A stretch of 36,350 nucleotides of DNA, taken from assembly GCA_050999735.1 (NCBI GenBank), contig JBPCPB010000296.1, positions 1-36,350 on the forward strand, read 5' to 3'. Made by a program: the position numbers and the translations under genes. This document shows positions 9,498 through 18,404 of the stretch, one piece after another. The notes under the pieces are model-generated. The model did no database searches. It was not told the origin of the DNA and was given only the letters and a program-made list of their open reading frames with translations. Within the stretch, counting starts at the first letter, position 1; each line of letters starts with the position of its first letter. The stretch comes from Thermomicrobiales bacterium (GTDB taxonomy: Bacteria > Chloroflexota > Chloroflexia > Thermomicrobiales > JALYUS01).

Positions 9498-9550
9498 GGA
9501 TGCCCTCCTCCCGCTTCCCGCGAGAAGATCGAACGACTGGCCAAAGATGC

Positions 9551-9670
9551 CGGGTTGCCCACCAGAACCGCTTTCGTGCCGTCCTGACCACTTTTGCGCC
9601 TGCTGTTGACCAGCGATGAGCCTAGCACGCAGGCGATAGGAGCGTCAAGGAAACGGTTACCCCACCAGAA
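9551..9670. repeat. Two 17-nt direct repeats (14/17 identical) sharing CCCACCAGAA, in the 5' region of the SBP gene
   Basis: The copies are CGGGTTGCCCACCAGAA (9551-9567) and CGGTTACCCCACCAGAA (9654-9670). The second overlaps a weak LacI-type half-palindrome, GGAAACGGTTACC. Confidence 0.3.
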
Positions 9671-9679
9671 ATCTTGTTC

Positions 9680-10705
9680 CTACCTCTCACGCACATGTGG
9701 CATATGCACCGTCTGTCGCGATGCCACGGCCTCCTCAATCGCCGCCGCGATGCGCACGGCGGCCAAGCCATCCGCAGCCGTCACGAGTGGCGCGCGGCCG
9801 TTCCGGATACAGGCGATGAAGTGCTCCAGTTCGGTTTTCAGGATGCCGCCGGGTGTGCCGCCGTCAAACTCCACGTAGCGCATGGTATCCGGATAGTGCA
9901 TCCCGTCCCGGTCAGCCACGCGCAGCCCCTGCTCCAGCCCCGTCACCTCGATGACGCCCTCGGTGCCGACCACCTCCAGTTGCGCGTCGATTCCGCTCTT
10001 GAGATGCGCAGGCAGAACCCAGCAGCTCTCCACGACACACGGCGTGCCGTCATCCAGGCGCATCAGTGCGAGGAGTGAATCGAGGTGGCCGATCGCGCCG
10101 AGCCGTCGGTCGCTGGCGTGCGCAGTGACCTGCTCGAACTCCCGGCCGGTGATCCAACGGACCAGATCAATATCATGGATGCTGACGTGCCACGGGAGCC
10201 TGACCGCGCTGCCGTAGCGCGCGGCGGCGCCAATCGCGCTGTTGCGCCGAGCGTACACATGGGCCACCGCGCCGATCTGACCCCGCTGCACCGCCTGTCG
10301 CACCTGGTCGTACCGTGGATCGAAGCGCAGGAGATGACCGACCATGAAGATGCTTCCCGCGCGACGCGCGGCATCGCGGATCTGCTCGCCCTCGGTGACG
10401 CTCATCGCCAGCGGCTTCTCGAGCAGCACATGGAGACCCACGGTCAGCGCGGAGAGCGTCGCCTCGCGGTGCAGAGTATCCGGCAGGCAAATGCTGACGG
10501 CATCCAGGCCGGGATGCGCGAGCAGGTTCTCGATGCGGTCGTGGGCAGGCACGCCGAAACTCGCCGTCGCGCGATGCCGCGTCGCCGCGTCGGTATCAAC
10601 GACACCGGCGAGGCACACGCCCGGCATCGCGTCGTAGACGGCGGCATGGCGCAGGCCCATCAACCCCGCGCCGATCACGCCGACCGTGATCGTCTTGTCC
10701 TGCAT
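9680..10705 (-). CDS. Gfo/Idh/MocA-family NAD(P)-dependent oxidoreductase
   Basis: N-terminal Rossmann motif TVGVIGAGLMG, the EKPLA motif, and overall Gfo/Idh/MocA-like sequence. SD GGGAGG lies 5 nt upstream of ATG 10705. Confidence 0.9.
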   Translation of the reverse strand: MQDKTITVGVIGAGLMGLRHAAVYDAMPGVCLAGVVDTDAATRHRATASFGVPAHDRIENLLAHPGLDAVSICLPDTLHREATLSALTVGLHVLLEKPLAMSVTEGEQIRDAARRAGSIFMVGHLLRFDPRYDQVRQAVQRGQIGAVAHVYARRNSAIGAAARYGSAVRLPWHVSIHDIDLVRWITGREFEQVTAHASDRRLGAIGHLDSLLALMRLDDGTPCVVESCWVLPAHLKSGIDAQLEVVGTEGVIEVTGLEQGLRVADRDGMHYPDTMRYVEFDGGTPGGILKTELEHFIACIRNGRAPLVTAADGLAAVRIAAAIEEAVASRQTVHMPHVRER

Positions 10706-10714
10706 CTGGCCTCC

Positions 10715-11488
10715 CTATCCCTTCGGCAGGCTGCTCGGCGTCGGCGGCAGCCACGCGATCGCGTTGTTGGGGATGACGCTCCGTTCCATGCGGTCGAGCG
10801 CCAGATCAATGTGACGTTGCCCCCCGGCAACGACGAAGAGCTGGTGGCCGGGGAACAGCCCGTCAACATCGAGCCGCGCCAGATTCGGGAGGGCGGCGCG
10901 ATAGGCGGCGAGATCGGAGCCAGGCACGTTGATCAGGCTGATGAAGCCGCCGGGAAAGACCGCGTCACCGGCGAAGAGCGCGCGGTAATCGGGCCAGACG
11001 GCGAGATAGCAGGCCATGGCGATGCTGTGCCCGGGGACGACGATCGTCCGGATACGACAGTGCCCCAGCGCGAATTCGTCGCCGGTCGTGACGATGATAT
11101 CTCCCTCGCAATGCGGATAGACGTAGTCGGCCGGATAGGTGCCGTTCTTTTTTGCGGCGATCAGCCCCAACTGCTCGTCCGTCCCCCGCGCGAGCAACGC
11201 TAATTCCGGCGCGGAGCCGACGATCCGGCAGCCCGTCGCCTCACGGAGCGCGGCAGCGCCGCTGGCGTGGTCGGCGTGGCTGTGCGTGAGCAGCAGATAC
11301 CGGACGGCACGCGGGTCGTAGCCGTCCGCACGGAGATTGTCGAGCAACCGTGCCGTGTCGAGGCCCGCGCCCGCATCAATGAGCGCCAGTTCTCCGTCGC
11401 TTTCGATGAGATAGACATGACAGTCGTAGGGGTTCGAGAGGCCGATCGCGCCGCTGCCGATGAGGGCGATGTGTGGCGTCAGTTGCAT
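10715..11488 (-). CDS. MBL-fold metallo-hydrolase
   Basis: It has the HxHxDH motif (LLTHSHADHASG), later His/Asp ligands (VPGHS...) and a typical N-terminus. SD GAGGGA is present. Confidence 0.9.
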   Translation of the reverse strand: MQLTPHIALIGSGAIGLSNPYDCHVYLIESDGELALIDAGAGLDTARLLDNLRADGYDPRAVRYLLLTHSHADHASGAAALREATGCRIVGSAPELALLARGTDEQLGLIAAKKNGTYPADYVYPHCEGDIIVTTGDEFALGHCRIRTIVVPGHSIAMACYLAVWPDYRALFAGDAVFPGGFISLINVPGSDLAAYRAALPNLARLDVDGLFPGHQLFVVAGGQRHIDLALDRMERSVIPNNAIAWLPPTPSSLPKG

Positions 11489-11492
11489 CGCA

Positions 11493-12536
11493 TCATCCCT
11501 CGATCTCGTTCGGCCGGACAGGGCGACGCCGCGCCACGGATTCGAGGATGGCGCACTGCGTCACCGTCACGCCGAGCGTCTTGCTCGCCGCGGTCATCGG
11601 CTCGGTACCGGTGGTGATGCTGTGCAGGAAGAGTTCGAGGGAGTGGCGAAACGCCCCGGAGAGCTGACTACCGACTTCATACGCGGTCGCGAGGTTGACC
11701 AGCCGGCCCTCGTGCTCGGTATAGAGTAAATTCTCCCAGCCCCGCCCGAGCGAGAGCACGCCGTCGCTCCCGACGATCTCCAGGTACCCATCGGCCACGG
11801 TCGGATACGTCGTGGGGTGGATCCACGCGCTGTGGAAGGTTGCCAGCGCGCCACTCGTGAACCGCACCATCGCCTCGACCGCGTCATGCACCGCGATCCC
11901 CCGCTTGGCGAGGACATACGACACGTCGTATGCGAAGACCTCCTCGACCGCGCTCGCGAAGTACCAGCAAACGAGATCGAGGTCGTGGCTCGTCATGAAG
12001 AAAATGGGCGACGTCTGCGATGCCCAGGCGATCATTTCCGTGGGCACGAAGACGGTGTCGTTCTTGATCGAACGAGCAATGAGTGGCGTCCCGATCGTGC
12101 CGGCCTCGATCCGCGCCTTGGCGAACGCGAATTCCGGGACGAAGCGCTGGGAGTAATTTACCTGGAGCAGCCTCCGTGCCGTCTCGGCGGCGGCGATCAT
12201 CCGCCGCGCGTCGGCGAGATTGGTCGCCAGCGGCTTCTCCACGAGGACATGCTTGCCCGCCTCGAGGGCCGCGATCGTTGGTGCGGCATGCAGGTGATCC
12301 GGCGTGGCGATCACCACCGCGTCAACCGACGGATCGCTGAGCAGATCATGGTAGTCCGCATAGGCAGCGCCGCCGTATTTCGCGGTGACTTCCTCGGCGC
12401 GGGGACGATTGAGATCGGCAACGCCGATCAGGCGACTCCCCGGCAGTTCCGCGAAGACGCGCGCGTGGCGCGTGCCGAGGATGCCGGCGCCAATCACCCC
12501 GATGCCGATCGTGGCGCCCTCTGTCCGTTCCATCAT
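11493..12536 (-). CDS. Gfo/Idh/MocA-family oxidoreductase
   Basis: GIGVIGAGILG Rossmann motif and EKPLA motif. The start is set at ATG 12536, 7 nt after the upstream stop at 12544. The ORF-track extension to 12632 would overlap the preceding gene. Confidence 0.88.
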   Translation of the reverse strand: MMERTEGATIGIGVIGAGILGTRHARVFAELPGSRLIGVADLNRPRAEEVTAKYGGAAYADYHDLLSDPSVDAVVIATPDHLHAAPTIAALEAGKHVLVEKPLATNLADARRMIAAAETARRLLQVNYSQRFVPEFAFAKARIEAGTIGTPLIARSIKNDTVFVPTEMIAWASQTSPIFFMTSHDLDLVCWYFASAVEEVFAYDVSYVLAKRGIAVHDAVEAMVRFTSGALATFHSAWIHPTTYPTVADGYLEIVGSDGVLSLGRGWENLLYTEHEGRLVNLATAYEVGSQLSGAFRHSLELFLHSITTGTEPMTAASKTLGVTVTQCAILESVARRRPVRPNEIEG

Positions 12537-12543
12537 GCTCCCT

Positions 12544-13791
12544 TCACTCCTTCCAGAGCCGCGCGAGGAGGTCGCGCAACTCGGGATAGCGTGCGTCAAT
12601 GCGCAGGTGCGGTTGCCCGGCGGCACGCGCAAGCGCCTCGGGTTGCTTCAACGCCGAACCCGTGACCACGCAGACAATCCGCGCCTCGGGATCAACGCGG
12701 CCGGCGTCCATCGCCCGGCGGAGCGCCGCCAACGGCGCCGCCGCAGCCGGTTCAGCGGCGATCCCCTCGCGGCCGAGCCAGCGCATCGCTTCCAGGATTT
12801 CCTCGTCGGTCACCCCTTCCGCCCAGTCCCCGGAGTCGTAGATAGCGTTCAATACGCGCGTGCCACCCTGAATCGGTGCATCCGCCGCGATGCTCTGCGC
12901 AATCGTCTTCGAGGGGTCGCCGAACCGTTCGGCGCTCCGCGCACCCTGTTGGAATGCCTGGACGATATGCCCCGAAGCGGCGGGTTGCACCGCCGCCATC
13001 TGTGGCAGCCGGTCAATCCAGCCGAGGGCGTGCAGTTCGCGGAAGCCCTTCCACGCACCCCAGATGCCCCCGCCGGTGCCGACGGGATGGATCATCAGGT
13101 CCGGCGGCTGCCAGTCAAGCGTGGCGCAGATCTCGTAGGCATACGTCTTCATCGCCTCATGACGGATCGGATTGATGAAATTGACGAACTGGTAGAGGCC
13201 GTGCGCGCGGGTCGCCTCCGCGAGCATCGCCGTGATCTGCTCCATGCTGTCAAAGTCGAGCGTCGCCAGGGTCGCCCCGTACATGCCGATCATCGCGACC
13301 TTCGCGGGGTTGGCGAGGTATTCGACGAGGATGACCGCCTCTATCCCCGCCCGCGCCGCATAGGCGCCGAACGACGCGCCGGCGTTGCCGGATGTGTAGG
13401 TCAAGCCGCGAGTGATGCCGAGCGAGCGGGCGAAACTGATCGCGAGGCTGAACCCACGATCCTTGAAGGAGCCGGTGGGCATCAGTGCGTCGTTCTTGAA
13501 AGAGAGCCGCGAGAGTCCGAGGCGCGGGCCCGCGTATCGGGAAGGGACGAGCGGCGTCCCGCCCTCACCGAGTGAGACGGTCTGCGCGGGATCGCTGAGG
13601 GGCAGGAATTCGCGCCAGCGCCAGATCGTCCGCTCCCGATTGGCGAAGGTTTGCGGCGTCACCGCGACACCGAGGCGGGCGAGATCATACTGCACTTCGA
13701 GCAGCCCGCCGCACGCCGGGCAGGTGTTCAGCGGCTCCGTCAGCGGGAAGGTCCGCGCGCATCGGTCGCATTGATAGTGCGTCGCAAACAT
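12544..13791 (-). CDS. Threonine-synthase-like PLP-dependent enzyme (Trp-synthase beta superfamily) with N-terminal zinc ribbon
   Basis: It has a CDRC...CPACGG zinc ribbon, the PLP-lysine motif PTGSFKDRG and a glycine-rich loop HPVGTGGG. ATG 13791 overlaps the permease stop (TGATG at 13789-13793). Confidence 0.85.
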   Translation of the reverse strand: MFATHYQCDRCARTFPLTEPLNTCPACGGLLEVQYDLARLGVAVTPQTFANRERTIWRWREFLPLSDPAQTVSLGEGGTPLVPSRYAGPRLGLSRLSFKNDALMPTGSFKDRGFSLAISFARSLGITRGLTYTSGNAGASFGAYAARAGIEAVILVEYLANPAKVAMIGMYGATLATLDFDSMEQITAMLAEATRAHGLYQFVNFINPIRHEAMKTYAYEICATLDWQPPDLMIHPVGTGGGIWGAWKGFRELHALGWIDRLPQMAAVQPAASGHIVQAFQQGARSAERFGDPSKTIAQSIAADAPIQGGTRVLNAIYDSGDWAEGVTDEEILEAMRWLGREGIAAEPAAAAPLAALRRAMDAGRVDPEARIVCVVTGSALKQPEALARAAGQPHLRIDARYPELRDLLARLWKE

Positions 13792-14648
13792 CAACCCTTC
13801 ACCGCCCCACCGGTTAGCCCGGAGATGAGATAGCGCTGTAAGCCGACGAAGAAGAGGAGGGGTGGGATCGTGAAGAGCGTCGCCGCCGCCAGCATGTCGC
13901 TCCATGCCAGCGTGTACTCACCTTGGAATGAACTGAGGCCGACCGAGAGCACCCAGTTCGACTCGCTGTTGATGAGCGTGCGGGCGAAGAAAAACTCGCC
14001 CCACGCCACCATGAACGAGAAGATGCTCACGGCAATGATGCCGGGCAGGGCGAGCGGGATCGTCGTGCGGTAGTACGCGCCGACGTGCGAGCAGCCGTCC
14101 ACCATTGCTGCCTCCTCGATCTCCGGCGGGATGCTGTCGAAGAAGCCCTTGAGCATCCAGATCGAGAGCGGCAGGCTGAAGGCGCAGTCCGCGATCACGA
14201 GGCCCCAGAGCGAGTCGAGCAGGTGCGCATTCTTGAAAATCACGTACATCGGCACGACGAGGAGCGTCGCCGGGAGCATCTGGGTAATCAGGATGACGCC
14301 ACCCAGCGCGCCGTTGAGTCGCGTGCGGAAGCGCGAGAGGCTGAGGCCCGCATTCAGGGCGACGAGCAGCGAGAAAAGCGCGGTGGTGACCGCGACGAGC
14401 GTGGTATTGAGGAACCAGCGTCCGAGCGGCCGTTCGGTCACGATGCGGTGATAGGCGCCGAGGGAGAGCGGGTGGGGAATGATCTGCGGCGGCCAGACGA
14501 AGGCGCTGCCGGAACCGAGCGACGACGCGACCATCCAGTAGAACGGGAAGGCCACACAGATACCGACGATGCAGACCGCGACGACTTGCGCAATCGGCCG
14601 CGAGCGACGGCCCGAACGGTGGGCGGTGGGTTCGCGTCGGACGGCCAC
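13791..14648 (-). CDS. Carbohydrate ABC transporter permease (MalG-like)
   Basis: EAA loop EIEEAAMVDGCSHVGAYYRTTIPLALP. GTG start at 14648 with GGGAGGTG just upstream. Confidence 0.88.
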   Translation of the reverse strand: MAVRREPTAHRSGRRSRPIAQVVAVCIVGICVAFPFYWMVASSLGSGSAFVWPPQIIPHPLSLGAYHRIVTERPLGRWFLNTTLVAVTTALFSLLVALNAGLSLSRFRTRLNGALGGVILITQMLPATLLVVPMYVIFKNAHLLDSLWGLVIADCAFSLPLSIWMLKGFFDSIPPEIEEAAMVDGCSHVGAYYRTTIPLALPGIIAVSIFSFMVAWGEFFFARTLINSESNWVLSVGLSSFQGEYTLAWSDMLAAATLFTIPPLLFFVGLQRYLISGLTGGAVKG

Positions 14649-14649
14649 G

Positions 14650-15612
14650 TCACACCTCCCGATTAATGCGCGAGACGACGAACAGGTAGACCAACGTGAA
14701 CGCGACCGCGATCACGAGCACCGCCGTGCCGAGCGCCGAGGCGTAGCCCGTGTTGAAGTACTTGAATGCCTGCAAGTAGGTCTGGATCGGCAGCGTCTCC
14801 GTTGCGCGGGATGGCCCGCCGCCCGTCATCACGTAGATGATCGTCACGACGCGCGTGAAAGCGGTGAGGATGAGCAGGAGGATCAGCACGATGTTCACCG
14901 GCAGCAAACCCGGCCAGGTAATGGAGCGGAACTGCGCGGCGCGGCCCGCGCCGTCCACCGCGGCCGCCTCGTAGAGATCGCGCGAGATCCCTTGCAACCC
15001 GGCGAGCAGCATCACCGTGGCGATCGGGTACTGCGTCCAGATCGTCACCAGCAGCACGGACAAGAGCGCGAGATCGGGCCGCTGCCGCCACGGGAGATTG
15101 TGCCCAATGAGGTGCGTGAACCGCAGCAGATAGTTCACCACGCCGTAGTTCGCGTCGAGCATCCACGCCCAGACGAGGACGGCAACGACCGCCGGAACCG
15201 CCCACGGCAGGATGATCAGCGTGCGCGCGGCAGCCCTCCCGCGGAAGCCGCGGTTCAAGAGGAGGGCGGTGAGCAACCCCATCGCATAACTGCCGACGAC
15301 GGTTCCCGCCGTATAGACGACCGTCACGCGCAGCGAATGCCAGAAGTCCGGGTTGTGCAGCATCCGCCGGTAGTTATCGAGGCCAATGAACGTCGCGTCG
15401 CTCAGGTTGAGCAGCTTCATGTCGAACAAGCTGGAATAGATCGCCAGGCCGATCGGGTAAAAGAGGACGAAGCCGAGGACGATCAGCGCGGGCAGCATGA
15501 GCAGCAGCGCGATCCAGTTCGGGCGAAAGCGCCGTTCTGACTGGCGGCTTCTCTCCCGCGCGCGACTGGCAGGTCGCGCACCGGGAGTCTGGAGAACACG
15601 CGGCGTTGTCAT
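14650..15612 (-). CDS. Carbohydrate ABC transporter permease (MalF-like)
   Basis: EAA loop DLYEAAAVDGAGRAAQFRSITWPGLLP, with about six predicted TM segments. Confidence 0.9.
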   Translation of the reverse strand: MTTPRVLQTPGARPASRARERSRQSERRFRPNWIALLLMLPALIVLGFVLFYPIGLAIYSSLFDMKLLNLSDATFIGLDNYRRMLHNPDFWHSLRVTVVYTAGTVVGSYAMGLLTALLLNRGFRGRAAARTLIILPWAVPAVVAVLVWAWMLDANYGVVNYLLRFTHLIGHNLPWRQRPDLALLSVLLVTIWTQYPIATVMLLAGLQGISRDLYEAAAVDGAGRAAQFRSITWPGLLPVNIVLILLLILTAFTRVVTIIYVMTGGGPSRATETLPIQTYLQAFKYFNTGYASALGTAVLVIAVAFTLVYLFVVSRINREV

Positions 15613-15615
15613 CGG

Positions 15616-17022
15616 TCACTTGCCCGGTGTGATGTTCTTGCTCTTTTCCCAGTCAACCAATTGCTGTTGGAGCGCATCAAGGCCGTCCTTGACGGATTTG
15701 CTCCCGGTCCAGATCGGGGAGACGCCGTCCATGACGATCTGCCGAAACTCCGCCGCCGAGGGCGCGAGCATTGGCGCCGGCGGCGCATAGCCGAAGCCCG
15801 CCTGATACTTGGCGGCGGTATCAATCATGTCGGCGACCCAGGGATTCTTCTGCAGATACGCATCGCTCGCCTTGATGCTCTGACTGGGAAGTTGCACGAG
15901 GTCCTCCAGCCAGCGCCGCTGCCATGTCTCCTGATTGACCATGGCGATGTACTTCCAGGCCGTCTCCTTGAACTTCGAGTCCTTCGGGATGGTGAAGAAC
16001 GCTCCCCCGGTGATCGCGGCGTGCGTCGGCGTCGGCGGTGCGGCGTAGCCCATAGCGGGGTAGAGGGTCGGATTTTCCGTCTGCACATAGGTCATTACCC
16101 ACGGTCCATCGAGCATGAACGCGACCTTGCCGTCCTTGAAGAGCGCGCGGGCATCCAAGACCTTCATCCCGGTCGGCACGGTTCCGGATTGAATCAATTT
16201 CATCTGGAAGGTCATGCCGTCCACGGTCTTCGGGTCATTGGCGCTCGGCGTGCCGTCCGGCTTCGCCCAGTCGCTCCCGTAGCCGAGCACCCACTGCATC
16301 GTCGAAATGTAGGTATCCTGCACCTGCGAGGTGTCCATCGGGAAGACGAATCCCCACGCGCCCGTTTTGTCCTTGACGGCCTTGCATGCGGTCAGGAACT
16401 CGTCCGCCGTGGTGGGGACGGAGACGCCCGCCTTGTCGAGCAACTGCTTATTGTAGAGCAGCCCCTGCGGTGACGCCGTGAGCACAACACCGTACGTCTT
16501 GCCGTCGCGCTGCCCGACCTTCAGGATCGGCAGTTCCTGATTCTTCCAGGGCGCGCTATTCAAATACTCATCGAGCGGCGCCAGCAGCCCTTGCGACATG
16601 AGGCGCGGCATCATGTTCGTGAAGACGGGGTAAATATCCGGGATCGAGCCGCCCGCGATCTGCGTGGCGGTCTTGTCCTCGTAGTCGTTGGACGGGATAT
16701 TCGTCGTCTTCAGCGTGATTCCGGGATTCTGCTGCTGGAAGGTGTTAATGGTGTCTTTCCAGTAATCGCCCACCCCGGCCTCACCGAGCATCCACGTCGG
16801 GTAGTCGAGCGTCCCCGATTGCGCCTTCGCCGCCGGCGACGCCCCGGCTTGGGATGTGCCTGCTGCCTGCGTGGCGACGGGTGCGGTCTGCGATGACCCG
16901 GACGAGGAGGAGTTGCCGCCGCAAGCGGCAAGCGCCGCGGCGACTGCGGAACCGGCCCCCAGTGCGGCACCGGCCTTGAGGATCCCACGGCGACTGATGC
17001 GCGGACTCTCTCGCCAATTCAT
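15616..17022 (-). CDS. ABC transporter solute-binding lipoprotein with Tat-like signal
   Basis: SRRGILKAGAALGAG... followed by the lipobox LAAC-GG, then family-1 SBP-like sequence. The start is set at ATG 17022 (AAGGAG 7 nt upstream); the ORF-track ATG 17043 is possible. Confidence 0.88.
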   Translation of the reverse strand: MNWRESPRISRRGILKAGAALGAGSAVAAALAACGGNSSSSGSSQTAPVATQAAGTSQAGASPAAKAQSGTLDYPTWMLGEAGVGDYWKDTINTFQQQNPGITLKTTNIPSNDYEDKTATQIAGGSIPDIYPVFTNMMPRLMSQGLLAPLDEYLNSAPWKNQELPILKVGQRDGKTYGVVLTASPQGLLYNKQLLDKAGVSVPTTADEFLTACKAVKDKTGAWGFVFPMDTSQVQDTYISTMQWVLGYGSDWAKPDGTPSANDPKTVDGMTFQMKLIQSGTVPTGMKVLDARALFKDGKVAFMLDGPWVMTYVQTENPTLYPAMGYAAPPTPTHAAITGGAFFTIPKDSKFKETAWKYIAMVNQETWQRRWLEDLVQLPSQSIKASDAYLQKNPWVADMIDTAAKYQAGFGYAPPAPMLAPSAAEFRQIVMDGVSPIWTGSKSVKDGLDALQQQLVDWEKSKNITPGK

Positions 17023-17108
17023 CTCCCGGCTCCTTTCGATCATGCGACGGCTCGTCCGGCATGCTACCCACGAGCGGATACCCGGAAACCGCCACGACCA
17101 TACCTGCC

Positions 17109-18254
17109 TCAGCCCTGGACGCTCTCGATCACTCCCTCCTGTCGCACGGCGAACGCCGGTTCGCGATCACCACTCCAGCGCGCGGAAGAGGCGCGCGGGA
17201 TAATCTGTGGCCGGAGGAGAAGGTGGCGCGGGGGGCCGACGTACCGTCCCTCCACGCGGTCCAGCAAGAGCGCCACCGCCAAACGCCCGAGTTCCTGGAG
17301 CGAGGTATCAACGGTCGTGAGTGGGGGCTGCAGGTGCGCGGAGAGGTGGGTGTTGTCGAACCCGACGAGCGACACGTCCTCCGGCACGCGCAGTCCCGCC
17401 GCGCGCAGCGCCTGCAGCACCGTTGCCGCAGTCATGTCGATGCGCGCGAAGATGGCCGTGAAAGCCGTGCCCTGCTCCCGCAGCGCGCGCACCCCGAGTC
17501 GGCCGACCGACTCGTTGTCGGCGTCGAGTGCGGGGATCAGGCTCGGGTCTTCGGGGATGCCCGCGTCCCTGAGCGCCAGCCGATAACCCTCCAGATTGAG
17601 GTCCGGCCGCGGCCGCGACGCCCCGATATAGGCGATGCGCCGATGGCCAAGCTCGATCAGGTAGCGCACGAGTTCCCGCGCGCCGCGGGCCAGATCGGCC
17701 GTGACGGCGTCCGCATCAACTGCGGGCGCGACTCGCCCCGTAAAAATGAATGGGGTCTCGCGCTCCATCAGGTAGCGGTATGCCGCCAACGCGGGATCTT
17801 CGCCGCTCGGCGTGACGAGCACCCCCTTGACGTCCGGGCTCTCCGCGTAACGGAGGAGATAGCGCGCCTCGTCGGCGCTGGTGTATTGCGATTGTCCGAC
17901 GAGCAGTTGGTAGCCGCGCGCGTTCGCCGCCCCCTCGATCGCCTCTGAGAGTTCCCCATAGTAGGGATTGGCCAGCGACGGCACGACCAGGCCAAGCGTG
18001 GCCGGCGACTCCTTCGCCGCCGGTTGCCCCACGAACGTGCCGGAGCCGGGGACACGGTAGAGGAGGCGTTCGTCCACCAGCATCTTGACGGCGCGCCGCA
18101 CGGTCGTCCGAGAGACCGCGAAGCGTTCCGCGAGCTCGCGCTCCGAGGGAAAGAGGTGACCGGGAGAATGCTCGCCGGAGCGGACCCACGCGCGCAGGGA
18201 TGCCGCCAGCCGTGGCGTGAGATGCGTGGTGATATGGCCATCATGTTCTTCCAC
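17109..18254 (-). CDS. AraR-type transcriptional regulator (GntR-family winged HTH + LacI/PBP1-like sugar-binding domain)
   Basis: GntR HTH signature LFPSERELAERFAVSRTTVRRAVKMLVDERLLYRVPGSGTFV, followed by a LacI-type effector domain (LGLVVPSLANPYYGE...). I prefer the GTG at 18254 as start, because the 34 codons up to 18356 are AT-rich, non-protein-like and full of ATACC/GGTAT repeats. Confidence 0.8.
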   Translation of the reverse strand: MEEHDGHITTHLTPRLAASLRAWVRSGEHSPGHLFPSERELAERFAVSRTTVRRAVKMLVDERLLYRVPGSGTFVGQPAAKESPATLGLVVPSLANPYYGELSEAIEGAANARGYQLLVGQSQYTSADEARYLLRYAESPDVKGVLVTPSGEDPALAAYRYLMERETPFIFTGRVAPAVDADAVTADLARGARELVRYLIELGHRRIAYIGASRPRPDLNLEGYRLALRDAGIPEDPSLIPALDADNESVGRLGVRALREQGTAFTAIFARIDMTAATVLQALRAAGLRVPEDVSLVGFDNTHLSAHLQPPLTTVDTSLQELGRLAVALLLDRVEGRYVGPPRHLLLRPQIIPRASSARWSGDREPAFAVRQEGVIESVQG

Positions 18255-18323
18255 GGGACCACCGATTGGTGCGGCCGAAGGCAGGGCCGTGCGGCATATA
18301 GACTTGGTCGCTGCACATGTGCT

Positions 18324-18353
18324 ATACCATACCAGTATGATACCAGAAGGTAT
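18324..18353. promoter_or_regulatory. Candidate operator cluster: ATACC x3 plus inverted GGTAT, including the perfect ATACC-agaa-GGTAT repeat
   Basis: ATACC occurs at 18324, 18329 and 18340, GGTAT at 18349, and the palindrome GTATGATAC at 18335-18343. These sit in an AT-rich patch just 5' of the regulator gene. Two more ATACC copies, 22 nt apart, occur at 17078 and 17100, between the regulator and the SBP gene. Confidence 0.3.
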
Positions 18354-18378
18354 CACGGCGACGGCTCCCTGTCAAGAA

Positions 18379-18388
18379 ACAGCCGAGT
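18379..18388. repeat. Target-site duplication, left copy (ACAGCCGAGT)
   Basis: An identical 10-mer directly abuts both IS ends (18379-18388 and 19710-19719). Confidence 0.85.
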
Positions 18389-18402
18389 CTGACGCATACC
18401 CA
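18389..18402. repeat. IS terminal inverted repeat (left)
   Basis: CTGACGCATACCCA; its reverse complement is found at 19696-19709. Confidence 0.85.
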
Positions 18403-18404
18403 TC

